Shown here: positions 1 to 17,600 of the stretch, piece after piece
Layout of the letters: the number at the start of each line of letters is the position of its first letter
Numbering within the stretch: the stretch's first letter is position 1
Notes under the pieces: model-generated
The model's database searches: none
What the model was told of the DNA's origin: nothing
The model's input: the letters and a program-made list of their open reading frames with translations, nothing else
Position numbers and translations under genes: made by a program
Source: Scenedesmus sp. PABB004
Lineage: Eukaryota
Direction of reading: 5' to 3'
Length of the DNA: 64,000 nt
NCBI GenBank assembly: GCA_014905635.1
Contig: JABVCE010000027.1
Coordinates: forward strand, 62,001 to 126,000

Positions 1-879
1 CCCAGCAGCATCATCGACGAGCGCGCGACGCCCGACGGCAAGGGCCGTGAGTTCCTGGTGGCCTACAAGGTGCGGCGCCGGCGCGGACGGCGCGGGGCAG
101 CGGCGCGCGGCGCACGCGCCGCCCGCGCCCGCGCCCACGCCCACCGCGCCCGCGCCCGCGCCCGCGCCGCGCGCCGACCGCGCCCGCGCCGCGCGCCGAC
201 CGCGCCCGCGCCGCGCGCCGACCGCGCCCGCCGCGCGCCGCGGCAGGACGACGCGCCCGACGAGTGGCTGGGCGAGGCGTTTGTGGCGCAGGACCTCATC
301 GACGACTGGGCGGCGGGCCTCGAGCGCGCGCCCGTGGCTGCGCTGCTGGACGTGCAGCAGTGGGGCACCAGCCGCGAGTACCTGGTGCAGTGGGCCGACG
401 GCAGCCCGGTGAGCGCGGGGGCGCAGGCCGCGCGTGCTCTCGGCCGCCGCCGAGCACGCGGCGGCTGGCGCAGGCGGCCCGAGCGGCGGCGTGGGTGCGC
501 GCGCACGCGCCCAGCCTGCCCTCCCCCTGCCCCTGCCCCCCCCCCCTTCCCATCCCAGGACTCGTGGGAGGACGAGGCAAACATCCCGCCGGCGCTGGTG
601 GAGGAGCTGCAGGCGGCGCAGCCGGCCCTGTTCCGGGGGCTCAAGGGCGGCGCGCCCTCGGGCGCGAAGAAACGGCGCAAGCGGCGGGGGCCCAAGGCGG
701 TGCAGCAGCAGCAGCAGCAGCAGCAGCAGCCGCAGCCGGGGCTTGCCGGGGCACAGCATGCGCCGCCGGGCCTGGACGAGGCGCACGACGGCAACGGCAG
801 CGGCGGCGCCGCGCCAGCGAGCAGCAGCAGCAGCGCCAGCAGCAGCAGCAGGGAGCGCGAGCCGGTGGCGACCAGCTAG
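1..879 (+). CDS. cpSRP43: Chloroplast signal recognition particle 43 kDa subunit, 3' part (two C-terminal chromodomains); 5'-truncated by the window. Exons 1-69, 247-408, 559-879
   Basis: Spliced translation: ...IIDERATPDGKGREFLVAYK|DDAPDEWLGEAFVAQDLIDDWAAGLERAPVAALLDVQQWGTSREYLVQWADGSP|DSWEDEANI. It has two chromodomain EF/YLVxW/Y motifs, and the linker VAQDLIDDWAAGLE resembles plant cpSRP43 (VAEDV..DYE.GLE, recalled). GT-AG introns at 70-246 and 409-558; TAG at 877-879. Confidence 0.8.
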   Translation, partial: PSSIIDERATPDGKGREFLVAYKVRRRRGRRGAAARGARAARARAHAHRARARARAARRPRPRRAPTAPAPRADRARRAPRQDDAPDEWLGEAFVAQDLIDDWAAGLERAPVAALLDVQQWGTSREYLVQWADGSPVSAGAQAARALGRRRARGGWRRRPERRRGCARTRPACPPPAPAPPPFPSQDSWEDEANIPPALVEELQAAQPALFRGLKGGAPSGAKKRRKRRGPKAVQQQQQQQQQPQPGLAGAQHAPPGLDEAHDGNGSGGAAPASSSSSASSSSREREPVATS

Positions 880-1557
880 GATTGGGCGAGACCTGGGGGC
901 TGGCGCTGGCATGGGTGACCAATTTCCTCCGGCTCCCGGCGTCCGCCTGCCCGGCACGCGCGCGCGTGCCGCCAGAGGTTCAAAGTCAGGTCAAGGAAGG
1001 CCGCGCGCGGAGAGTCGCGCTCGGCGGGCAGCAGCGCTCGGTGACGCCTCCCCCCGCAGCGCCAGCGCCCGCCGCACAGGCGTTCTGACGGACCAGAGGC
1101 ATGGAAAAGACGCATTACCGTCGCCGGACTGTCCGGCGAGCCCGCAAACGCAGTCCTCGGCGAGCTGGACCTGGTCGCCCTCGCGTTCGCCCGCGCTCGC
1201 CGGTCACACCGCATTTGGACCGGCGACGCAGGCCCCGGCGCCAGCAGAGGGTCGGCGCTGAGATCCGCGCACCGCAGACGCGCACGCACTGTAGAAGCGC
1301 ACGCACCCGACCCGCCACCGCGCCCGCTCTCTTCGCGCTAGCCCCCCGGCGCTTCTAGTAGCCCCGCACCCCCCGCGGCACCGTTGACGCTCTGTAGCGC
1401 ACCCCTCTCCGTCCCCGTGCAGCGCGCCGTTGCGCGGCGTGCGCACGCGAGCGGCAGCGCGTGCGCCGCTGTTCCAGGCATCCCGGCTTCGCCCGGCGCC
1501 GGGCAGCTCGTGCGCGGCCCGTCTCGGCGTCGCGTCGTGAGCAGGTCGCCCGCAGCC

Positions 1558-6680
<5,123 letters not shown>

Positions 6681-7706
6681 GCTGGTGTGCTTGGCGCGCC
6701 GCGCAGAGCTGCGGCTCTGCGCGAAGGCAATAAATGGGTGGCCACGCCCAGGTCGGCGGCTGCCACAGGGGCTCACTCGCCTGGGGCGGTCGCCGGCCGC
6801 CGTCGAGCGCGTGCGCGCCTGCGCGTGCGCGCTCGCGCGTGCCGGTCATCGCCCGCTGCCCGCCGCACGCGGCACGCGCGTTTGGGGTCGGGCAGGGAAT
6901 AAGACAACGTGCCGTTGACTGCGCCGTCGCCTGCTGGGTCGTCGGGACGGTTGACACGTGAGCACGCTCCCTCGTGCGCGCATCCGCGTCGTCGTCTCGC
7001 TTTGCCGCTGCTGCCCCCCTCCTTCTTCCACATACCACACACGCTAACGCTTCTTTACTACGTGTTATTACGTAGTCCTTTGTGTACGCCAGCCACTCTA
7101 AGCTACGTGCACACATATGCGGCAGCACGGGCGGCGGCGCCAGTCACATGGTACCAGCGATTCGGACGTCGCACGACGTATCCTGCGGGCCTCATGTTGT
7201 TTTGGTTCTTGAGGCTGCGTAGCACGCGCAAGCGTGCGCCGCATCGCTCGCTAGCCGCGCCCCATGTAGCCGCCATACGTGGCAGGAGTGGTTGCCGCGC
7301 ATAACGCCGGTGTCGGTGGCGCAAGGTCGTTGGGAGGTCGATCGCCCACCAAAGCACTGTTATACGAGCACGCACCGCGCGGGCATCGTTCCGCGCGCGC
7401 TGTGCGCGCTGACCCGGACCTTCCGTTGCGCTGACTGAGCCGTTCCCCACGCGCGCGGCGACGGACGGACGCACTGCGACCTGGGGAGTTCGTTCGGCGC
7501 AGCTTTGCACTTGCGGAGTGTGCCACTGGTTGAGAGGCTTCATCCAATGAATAATAAGTGTCCGGCGGAGGTAACTCAGCGCCTAACCCCGCGGGCTCGT
7601 TATGCTCTCGCCAGCGCAGCCGCGGTTCATGAGCGGGCCGCCCGCTCGCTCGCCATGTGGGTCATCCCAGAAGCCCCCCCCCCCCCCCCCCAACCCGCAC
7701 GACGAC

Positions 7707-7992
7707 GCCGGCAGCAGCATCGGCGGCCCTGCGCGCCCGTCCGGCAGCGGCCGGACGGGCTGGCACGTTCAGGCGACGCTGCGGCCCGTACCCAGCGCTG
7801 CGGCAAGCCAGGGCGGCGTGCCGCGCGCGGCGGCGCTTGAGGCGGCGGTGGCGGCGGGCGCGGCGGCGCTGGAGCGGGGCCAGCACAGCGGCGCGGTGCT
7901 CGCGGCAGCGTTTGAACACATTCTGGCCGAGGCGTGGGAGGAGCAGGCTACCATGGCGGCCATGCCGGCGTGCCACACGAGCGTCCGTGCGG
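7707..7992 (+). pseudogene. Degenerate duplicated fragment of FAN1 (copy of ~57913-58220)
   Basis: Near-identical DNA encoding GPARPSGSGRTGWHVQATLRPVPSAAASQGGVP.AAALEAAVAAGAAALERGQHSGAVLAAAFEHILAEA. It has a 27-nt deletion (RAYDLHLLDP replaced by W), and I found no other FAN1 exons nearby. Confidence 0.9.
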
Positions 7993-8041
7993 CCGCGCGG
8001 CCCCCGTCGCAGGCGCGCCGCGCCGGCGCCCGGCGCGCCTC

Positions 8042-8120
8042 GCCGACCGCGCGCCCGCCGCGCCCAGCGGCAGGACGGCGCTCCTACGAGTGGCTGGGCG
8101 AGCTGGCTGTGGCGCAGGAC
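8042..8120 (+). pseudogene. Degenerate fragment of the cpSRP43 intron end and following exon (copy of ~218-294)
   Basis: gccgaccgcgcgcccgccgcgcccagcggcaggacggcgctcctacgagtggctgggcgagctggctgtggcgcaggac aligns to gccgaccgcgcccgccgcgcgccgcggcaggacgacgcgcccgacgagtggctgggcgaggcgtttgtggcgcaggac, with a 1-nt deletion. Confidence 0.8.
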
Positions 8121-8638
8121 GCTGACCGGCTGCACTGCAGGCGCGCCGCCGCGGCGTCGGGGCAACTGCTCTGCGGCCAGTGCGCTAGGAGGGCTGGCGC
8201 GGCCTGGACGAGCCCGTTGCGTGCTTGGACTGGTGTAACACGGTACAGCACGAGCTCTCGCGCCGTGTCGGCAAAGCCGGATCGGCGACCCGCATGGTCC
8301 GTATGCGCGCGTGCGCGCGTGCGCACCTTCAGCGGCCCCCCGCCCCGCCAACCACCCTCTCGCCGCCGCGGCGACGCGTCCATCGGTTCCCCACCCCGCG
8401 CGCGCCCGGCCTGCAGCAGCCACTCCACCTCCACATCTAGTGCGCCCCTGGCGCGTAGCCTGCCCCAAGATCAGTGGTGCACCGCTCCCAGGCACTGCAC
8501 CCGGGCAAGGTAGCGTGTGGTGCCTCCGCATGGCTCGCCGCGCACGCGGCAGCGGGTTGTGCAGCGAGGCATCGGCGCGCTCGGCGGCCCCGCAAGGGGC
8601 GGCCTGAGCGTCGCGGCGTGAGCCGGACGGCCGCAGCC

Positions 8639-11600
8639 ATGGGCAGACGCCGGTCCGCAGCAGCAGCCTGCTGGCTGCTGCTGGCGGCGGCGGCCGCCCT
8701 CGCAGCGGGCGCTGGCGCAGCGGCGCCCGCGCCCTCGCCGAGCCCCAGCCCGCTCGTGGTGCAGCCCGGTGACTGCGTCGACTGCAAGCACTTGCAGGTC
8801 GGGGGCGCCTGCTCGCGATGGTCCTGCCAGTGCAGGAGCGGGTCGTGGCAGGTCACCTGGAGCCTGGTGCGCGCGCGCGCCGCAGCCGGCGGGGAGCGCG
8901 CAGCGCAGCGCAGCGCAGCGCAGCGCCGTGCAGCGCAGCACACCCGTACCGGCAGCAGCCGCGCGGCCGGTGCGTGCTCTCACCCCTGCTGCTGCCCGCC
9001 CCGGCCCACAGCTGCCCGGCTGCAGCAAGGACAAGATCTCTTGGGCCTGCTGTGCCAAGGGCTCCGACAGCTCGCGGTGCGCCCTCACCACGTGCACGGG
9101 CTCGAGCGCCAGCACCTACTGCGATAATGTCAGCAGCATCACCTACACGCTGCCCGTGAGCGAGACCGCCGCCACGTTCTACATGCACGGTGAGCCAGCG
9201 TCGGCGGGCGGCCGCGCATCTGCAGCGGCGTGCGGCGGCAGCAGCTCGGCGGCTCGCGCTTGACCACGCCGGCCCGCTCTGCCCGCAGACGGCAAGTTTG
9301 CCAGCGGCCTGGACTGGCCAAAAGGCAATGATGTGATTTGCGGCGGCGGCGGCGGCGGTAGCTGCGCCTCCTCTGGCTCGGGCGTTTGCCAGGTCCCGGT
9401 CGCGCTGACGGGGCCCGGCGGCATCTGCAGCGGCTCCTGCGGCGCCACGCCAGCAGTGTCGTCGCCTAGCCCGAGCCCATTCTGGAGCCCGAGCCCAAGG
9501 TGAGGTGGCGCTGCGCTCGGTGTGCGGCGGTCGGGCGCCCGTGCCGCCGGCTGCCTTCCTTGGCTCACGTTTGTGTCGGACCGCGCGTCGCCGCAGCCCG
9601 AGCCCCTCGCCGAACCCGAGCCGCTCGCCGAGCCCGAGCCCCTCGCTGAGCCCGAGCCCGCTGTCGAGCCCGAGCCCCAGGTGAGGTGGTGGCCACGCTG
9701 GGTTGGTGTGCAGCGGTCGGGTGCCCGCGTGCCGCCGGCTGCCTTCCTTGGCTCACGTTTGTGTCGGACCACGCGCCGCCGCAGCCCGAGCCCCTCGCCG
9801 AGCCCGAGCCGCTCGCCGAGCCCGAGCCCGAGCCCGAGGTGAGGTGGTGGCCGTGCTGGGTTGGTGTGCTGCGGTCGGGCGCCTGCGTGCCGCCGGCTGC
9901 CCTCCTTGGCTCACGCTTGTGTCGGACCACGCGCCGCCGCAGCCCGAGCCCCTCGCCGAGCCCGAGCCGCTCGCCGAGCCCGAGCCCCTCGCCGAGCCCG
10001 AGCCCGCTGTCGAGCCCGAGCCCCAGGTGAGGTGGTGGCCACGCTGGGTTGGTGTGCAGCGGTCGGGTGCCCGCGTGCCGCCGGCTGCCTTCCTTGGCTC
10101 ACGTTTGTGTCGGACCACGCGCCGCCGCAGCCCGAGCCCCTCGCCGAGCCCGAGCCGCTCGCCGAGCCCGAGCCCGAGCCCGAGGTGAGGTGGTGGCCGT
10201 GCTGGGTTGGTGTGCTGCGGTCGGGCGCCTGCGTGCCGCCGGCTGCCCTCCTTGGCTCACGCTTGTGTCGGACCACGCGCCGCCGCAGCCCGAGCCCCTC
10301 GCCGAGCCCGAGCCGCTCGCCGAGCCCGAGCCCCTCGCCGAGCCCGAGCCCCTCGCCGAGCCCGAGCCCCTCGCCGAGCCCGAACCCGAGCCCGAGGTGA
10401 GGTGGTGGCCGTGCTGGGTTGGTGTGCTGCGGTCGGGCGCCTGCGTGCCGCCGGCTGCCCTCCTTGGCTCACGCTTGTGTCGGACCACGCGCCGCCGCAG
10501 CCCGAGCCCCTCGCCGAGCCCGAGCCGCTCGCCGAGCCCGAGCCCGCTCCCGAGCCCGAGCCCCTCGCCGAGCCCGAGCCCGCTGTCGAGCCCGAGCCCC
10601 TCGCCGAGCCCGAGCCCGCTCTCAAGCCCGAGCCCCTCGCCGAGCCCGAGCCCAAGGTGAGGTGGCGGCTGCGCTGGGTTGGTGTGCAGCAGTCTGCCGC
10701 TCGCATGCGGTCACCGCAGGCCTTGCTTGGCTCACCGTGTGTGCGGTCCTGCACTGCCCTGCCGCAGCACGAGTCCCTCGCCGAGCCCGAGCCGCTCGCC
10801 GAGCCCGAGCCCGCTCCCGAGCCCGAGCCGCTCGCCGAGCCCGAGCCCGCTCCCGAGCCCAAGCCCCTCGCCGAGCCCGAGCCCGCTGTCGAGCCGGAGC
10901 CCCTCGCCGAGCCCGAGCCCGCTGTCGAGCCCGAGCCCCTCGCCGAGCCCGAGCCCAAGGTGAGGTGGCGGCCGCACTGGGCCGGGGCGCAGCAGTCTGC
11001 CGCTCGCATGCGGTCACCGCAGGCCTTGCTTGGCTCACCGTGTGTGGGGTCCTGCACTGCCCTGCCGCAGCCCGAGTCCCTCGCCGAGGCCGAGCCCCTC
11101 GCCGAGCCCGGGCCCGCTCACAAGCCCGAGCCCATTCTGGAGCCCGAGCCCAAGGTGAGGTGGCGGCTGCGCTGGGTTGGTGTGCCGCGGTCGGGTGCCC
11201 GCGCGCCGCCGGCTGCATTCCTTGGCTCACGTTTGTGTTGGACCGCGCGCAGCCGCAGCCCGAGCCCGTCGCCGAGGCCGAGTCCGTCGCCCTCGGCAAA
11301 CCTCAATGACGACGACGATGACGAGGATGGTCGGTCGCCGAGCCCCTCGCCGCGGTCCAGCCCGAGCCCCAGCCCGCGCCCGAGTTTGAGCCCGAGGTGA
11401 GCAGGAGCAGCAGTCTAGTGCTGCTGGGGGTTTGGGTCGCAGGGCTGCCAGCGACAACGCTGGGTGTTCCGCCAGCTCAGCACGCAGTGCGTAGCGTTGT
11501 GTTTGTGCCGCTGTCTGTTTTTGGCTCACGGAGTCGGCCCACGCTGCCCCGCCGCAGCCCGAGCCCGTCGCCGAGCCCGAGCCGCTCGCCGAGCCCGAGC

Positions 11601-14600
11601 CCGCTCCCGAGCCTGAGCCCCTCGCCGAGCCCGAGCCCGCTCTCAAGCCCGAGCCCCTCGCCGAGCCCGAGCCCAAGGTGAGGTGGCGGCTGCGCTGGGT
11701 TGGTGTGCAGCGGTCGGGTGCCCGCGCGCCGCCGGCTGCATTCCTTGGCTCACGTTTGTGTTGGACCGCGCGCAGCCGCAGCCCGAGCCCGTCGCCGAGG
11801 CCGAGTCCGTCGCCCTCGGCAAACGTCAATGACGACGACGATGACGAGGATGGTCGGTCGCCGAGCCCCTCGCCGCGGTCCAGCCCGAGCCCCAGCCCGC
11901 GCCCGAGTTTGAGCCCGAGGTGAGCAGGAGCAGCAGTCTAGTGCTGCTGGGGGTTTGGGTCGCAGGGCTGCCAGCGACAACGCTGGGTGTTCCGCCAGCT
12001 CAGCACGCAGTGCGTAGCGTTGTGTTTGTGCCGCTGTCTGTTTTTGGCTCACGGAGTCGGCCCACGCTGCCCCGCCGCAGCCCGAGCCCGTCGCCGAGCC
12101 CGAGCCGCTCGCCGAGCCCGAGCCCGCTCCCGAGCCCGAGCCCCTCGCCGAGCCCGAGCCCGCTCTCAAGCCCGAGCCCCTCGCCGAGCCCGAGCCCAAG
12201 GTGAGGTGGCGGCTGCGCTGGGTTGGTGTGCAGCGGTCGGGTGCCCGCGCGCCGCCGGCTGCATTCCTTGGCTCACGTTTGTGTTGGACCGCGCGCAGCC
12301 GCAGCCCGAGCCCGTCGCCGAGGCCGAGTCCGTCGCCCTCGGCAAACGTCAATGACGACGACGATGACGAGGATGGTCGGTCGCCGAGCCCCTCGCCGCG
12401 GTCCAGCCCGAGCCCCAGCCCGCGCCCGAGTTTGAGCCCGAGGTGAGCAGGAGCAGCAGTCTAGTGCTGCTGGGGGTTTGGGTCGCAGGGCTGCCAGCGA
12501 CAACGCTGGGTGTTCCGCCAGCTCAGCACGCAGTGCGTAGCATTGTGTTTGTGCCGCTGTCTGTTTTTGGCTCACGGAGTCGGCCCGCGCTGCCCCGCCG
12601 CAGCCCGAGCCCGTCGCCGAGCCCGAGCCGCTCGCCGAGCCCGAGCCCGCTCCCGAGCCTGAGCCCCTCGCCGAGCCCGAGCCCCTCGCCGAGCCCGAGC
12701 CCAAGGTGAGGTGGCGGCTGCGCTGGGTCGGTGTGCAGCAGTCTGCCGCTCGCATGCGGTCACCGCATGCCTTGCTTGGCTCACCGTGTGTGCGGTCCTG
12801 CACTGCCCTGCCGCAGCCCGAGTCCCTCGCCGAGCCCGAGCCGCTCGCCTATCCCGAGCCCGTCGCCGAGCCCGAGCCCCTCGCCGAGCCCGGGCCCGCT
12901 CACAAGCCCGAGCCCCTCGCCGAGCCCGAGCCCAAGGTGAGGTGGCGGCTGCGCTGGGTTGGTGTGCAGCGGTCGGGTGCCCGCGCGCCGCCGGCTGCAT
13001 TCCTTGGCTCACGTTTGTGTTGGACCGCGCGCAGCCGCAGCCCGAGCCCGTCGCCGAGGCCGAGTCCGTCGCCCTCGGCAAACGTCAATGACGACGACGA
13101 TGACGAGGATGGTCGGTCGCCGAGCCCCTCGCCGCGGTCCAGCCCGAGCCCCAGCCCGCGCCCGAGTTTGAGCCCGAGGTGAGCAGGAGCAGCAGTCTAG
13201 TGCTGCTGGGGGTTTGGGTCGCAGGGCTGCCAGCGACAACGCTGGGTGTTCCGCCAGCTCAGCACGCAGTGCGTAGCGTTGTGTTTGTGCCGCTGTCTGT
13301 TTTTGGCTCACGGAGTCGGCCCACGCTGCCCCGCCGCAGCCCGAGCCCGTCGCCGAGCCCGAGCCGCTCGCCGAGCCCGAGCCCGCTCCCGAGCCTGAGC
13401 CCCTCGCCGAGCCCGAGCCCGCTCTCAAGCCCGAGCCCCTCGCCGAGCCCGAGCCCAAGGTGAGGTGGCGGCTGCGCTGGGTTGGTGTGCAGCGGTCGGG
13501 TGCCCGCGCGCCGCCGGCTGCATTCCTTGGCTCACGTTTGTGTTGGACCGCGCGCAGCCGCAGCCCGAGCCCGTCGCCGAGGCCGAGTCCGTCGCCCTCG
13601 GCAAACGTCAATGACGACGACGATGACGAGGATGGTCGGTCGCCGAGCCCCTCGCCGCGGTCCAGCCCGAGCCCCAGCCCGCGCCCGAGTTTGAGCCCGA
13701 GGTGAGCAGGAGCAGCAGTCTAGTGCTGCTGGGGGTTTGGGTCGCAGGGCTGCCAGCGACAACGCTGGGTGTTCCGCCAGCTCAGCACGCAGTGCGTAGC
13801 GTTGTGTTTGTGCCGCTGTCTGTTTTTGGCTCACGGAGTCGGCCCGCGCTGCCCCGCCGCAGCCCGAGCCCGTCGCCGAGCCCGAGCCGCTCGCCGAGCC
13901 CGAGCCCGAGCCCGCTCCCGAGCCCGAGCCGCTCGCCGAGCCCGAGCCCGCTCTCAAGCCCGAGCCCCTCGCCGAGCCCGAGCCCGCTCCCGAGCCCAAG
14001 CCCCTCGCCGAGCCCGAGCCCGCTGTCGAGCCGGAGCCCCTCGCCGAGCCCGAGCCCGCTGTCGAGCCCGAGCCCCTCGCCGAGCCCGAGCCCAAGGTGA
14101 GGTGGCGGCCGCACTGGGCCGGGGCGCAGCAGTCTGCCGCTCGCATGCGGTCACCGCAGGCCTTGCTTGGCTCACCGTATGTGGGGTCCTGCACTGCCCT
14201 GCCGCAGCCCGAGTCCCTCGCCGAGGCCGAGCCCCTCGCCGAGCCCGGGCCCGCTCACAAGCCCGAGCCCATTCTGGAGCCCGAGCCCAAGGTGAGGTGG
14301 CGGCTGCGCTGGGTTGGTGTGCCGCGGTCGGGTGCCCGCGCGCCGCCGGCTGCATTCCTTGGCTCACGTTTGTGTTGGACCGCGCGCAGCCGCAGCCCGA
14401 GCCCGTCGCCGAGGCCGAGTCCGTCGCCCTCGGCAAACCTCAATGACGACGACGATGACGAGGATGGTCGGTCGCCGAGCCCCTCGCCGCGGTCCAGCCC
14501 GAGCCCCAGCCCGCGCCCGAGTTTGAGCCCGAGGTGAGCAGGAGCAGCAGTCTAGTGCTGCTGGGGGTTTGGGTCGCAGGGCTGCCAGCGATAACGCTGG

Positions 14601-17600
14601 GTGTTCCGCCAGCTCAGCACGCAGTGCGTAGCGTTGTGTTTGTGCCGCTGTCTGTTTTTGGCTCACGGAGTCGGCCCACGCTGCCCCGCCGCAGCCCGAG
14701 CCCGTCGCCGAGCCCGAGCCGCTCGCCGAGCCCGAGCCCGCTCCCGAGCCTGAGCCCCTCGCCGAGCCCGAGCCCGCTCTCAAGCCCGAGCCCCTCGCCG
14801 AGCCCGAGCCCAAGGTGAGGTGGCGGCTGCGCTGGGTTGGTGTGCAGCGGTCGGGTGCCCGCGCGCCGCCGGCTGCATTCCTTGGCTCACGTTTGTGTTG
14901 GACCGCGCGCAGCCGCAGCCCGAGCCCGTCGCCGAGGCCGAGTCCGTCGCCCTCGGCAAACGTCAATGACGACGACGATGACGAGGATGGTCGGTCGCCG
15001 AGCCCCTCGCCGCGGTCCAGCCCGAGCCCCAGCCCGCGCCCGAGTTTGAGCCCGAGGTGAGCAGGAGCAGCAGTCTAGTGCTGCTGGGGGTTTGGGTCGC
15101 AGGGCTGCCAGCGACAACGCTGGGTGTTCCGCCAGCTCAGCACGCAGTGCGTAGCATTGTGTTTGTGCCGCTGTCTGTTTTTGGCTCACGGAGTCGGCCC
15201 GCGCTGCCCCGCCGCAGCCCGAGCCCGTCGCCGAGCCCGAGCCGCTCGCCGAGCCCGAGCCCGCTCCCGAGCCTGAGCCCCTCGCCGAGCCCGAGCCCCT
15301 CGCCGAGCCCGAGCCCAAGGTGAGGTGGCGGCTGCGCTGGGTCGGTGTGCAGCAGTCTGCCGCTCGCATGCGGTCACCGCATGCCTTGCTTGGCTCACCG
15401 TGTGTGCGGTCCTGCACTGCCCTGCCGCAGCCCGAGTCCCTCGCCGAGCCCGAGCCGCTCGCCTATCCCGAGCCCGTCGCCGAGCCCGAGCCCCTCGCCG
15501 AGCCCGGGCCCGCTCACAAGCCCGAGCCCCTCGCCGAGCCCGAGCCCAAGGTGAGGTGGCGGCTGCGCTGGGTTGGTGTGCCGCGGTCGGGTGCCCGCGC
15601 GCCGCCGGCTGCATTCCTTGGCTCACGTTTGTGTTGGACCGCGCGCAGCCGCAGCCCGAGCCCGTCGCCGAGGCCGAGTCCGTCGCCCTCGGCAAACGTC
15701 AATGACGACGACGATGACGAGGATGGTCGGTCGCCGAGCCCCTCGCCGCGGTCCAGCCCGAGCCCCAGCCCGCGCCCGAGTTTGAGCCCGAGGTGAGCAG
15801 GAGCAGCAGTCTAGTGCTGCTGGGGGTTTGGGTCGCAGGGCTGCCAGCGACAACGCTGGGTGTTCCGCCAGCTCAGCACGCAGTGCGTAGCGTTGTGTTT
15901 GTGCCGCTGTCTGTTTTTGGCTCACGGAGTCGGCCCACGCTGCCCCGCCGCAGCCCGAGTCCCTCGCCGAGCCCGAGCCGCTCGCCTATCCCGAGCCCGT
16001 CGCCGAGCCCGAGCCCCTCGCCGAGCCCGGGCCCGCTCACAAGCCCGAGCCCCTCGCCGAGCCCGAGCCCAAGGTGAGGTGGCGGCTGCGCTGGGTTGGT
16101 GTGCCGCGTTCGGGTGCCCGCGCGCCGCCGGCTGCATTCCTTGGCTCACGTTTGTGTTGGACCGCGCGCAGCCGCAGCCCGAGCCCGTCGCCGAGGCCGA
16201 GTCCGTCGCCCTCGGCAAACGTCAATGACGACGACGATGACGAGGATGGTCGGTCGCCGAGCCCCTCGCCGCGGTCCAGCCCGAGCCCCAGCCCGCGCCC
16301 GAGTTTGAGCCCGAGGTGAGCAGGAGCAGCAGTCTAGTGCTGCTGGGGGTTTGGGTCGCAGGGCTGCCAGCGACAACGCTGGGTGTTCCGCCAGCTCAGC
16401 ACGCAGTGCGTAGCATTGTGTTTGTGCCGCTGTCTGTTTTTGGCTCACGGAGTCGGCCCGCGCTGCCCCGCCGCAGCCCGAGCCCGTCGCCGAGCCCGAG
16501 CCGCTCGCCGAGCCCGAGCCCGAGCCCGCTCCCGAGCCCGAGCCGCTCGCCGAGCCCGAGCCCCTCGCCGAGCCCGAGCCCCTCGCCGAGCCCGAGCCCG
16601 CTCCCGAGCCCAAGCCCCTCGCCGAGCCCGAGCCCGCTGTCGAGCCGGAGCCCCTCGCCGAGCCCGAGCCCGCTGTCGAGCCCGAGCCCCTCGCCGAGCC
16701 CGAGCCCGCTGTCGAGCCCGAGCCCCTCGCCGAGCCCGAGCCCAAGGTGAGGTGGCGGCCGCACTGGGCCGGGGCGCAGCAGTCTGCCGCTCGCATGCGG
16801 TCACCGCAGGCCTTGCTTGGCTCACCGTGTGTGGGGTCCTGCACTGCCCTGCCGCAGCCCGAGTCCCTCGCCGAGGCCGAGCCCCTCGCCGAGCCCGGGC
16901 CCGCTCACAAGCCCGAGCCCATTCTGGAGCCCGAGCCCAAGGTGAGGTGGCGGCTGCGCTGGGTTGGTGTGCCGCGGTCGGGTGCCCGCGCGCCGCCGGC
17001 TGCATTCCTTGGCTCACGTTTGTGTTGGACCGCGCGCAGCCGCAGCCCGAGCCCGTCGCCGAGGCCGAGTCCGTCGCCCTCGGCAAACGTCAATGACGAC
17101 GACGATGACGAGGATGGTCGGTCGCCGAGCCCCTCGCCGCGGTCCAGCCCGAGCCCCAGCCCGCGCCCGAGTTTGAGCCCGAGGTGAGCAGGAGCAGCAG
17201 TCTAGTGCTGCTGGGGGTTTGGGTCGCAGGGCTGCCAGCGACAACGCTGGGTGTTCCGCCAGCTCAGCACGCAGTGCGTAGCATTGTGTTTGTGCCGCTG
17301 TCTGTTTTTGGCTCACGGAGTCGGCCCGCGCTGCCCCGCCGCAGCCCGAGCCCGTCGCCGAGCCCGAGCCGCTCGCCGAGCCCGAGCCCGAGCCCGCTCC
17401 CGAGCCCGAGCCGCTCGCCGAGCCCGAGCCCCTCGCCGAGCCCGAGCCCCTCGCCGAGCCCGAGCCCGCTCCCGAGCCCAAGCCCCTCGCCGAGCCCGAG
17501 CCCGCTGTCGAGCCGGAGCCCCTCGCCGAGCCCGAGCCCGCTGTCGAGCCCGAGCCCCTCGCCGAGCCCGAGCCCGCTGTCGAGCCCGAGCCCCTCGCCG

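Noticed and set aside
6729..6734. AATAAA ~50 nt after the stop of both paralogs (also ~55128)
   Set aside because: Chlorophyte poly(A) signals are typically TGTAA, and conservation here is explained by the duplication. It cannot be supported without 3'-end data.
7602..8513. 303-aa ORF as a functional FAN1-like gene
   Set aside because: Only ~95 codons match FAN1, there is an internal deletion and no nuclease domain, and the cpSRP43-derived part has a frameshifting deletion. It is treated as a duplication relic.
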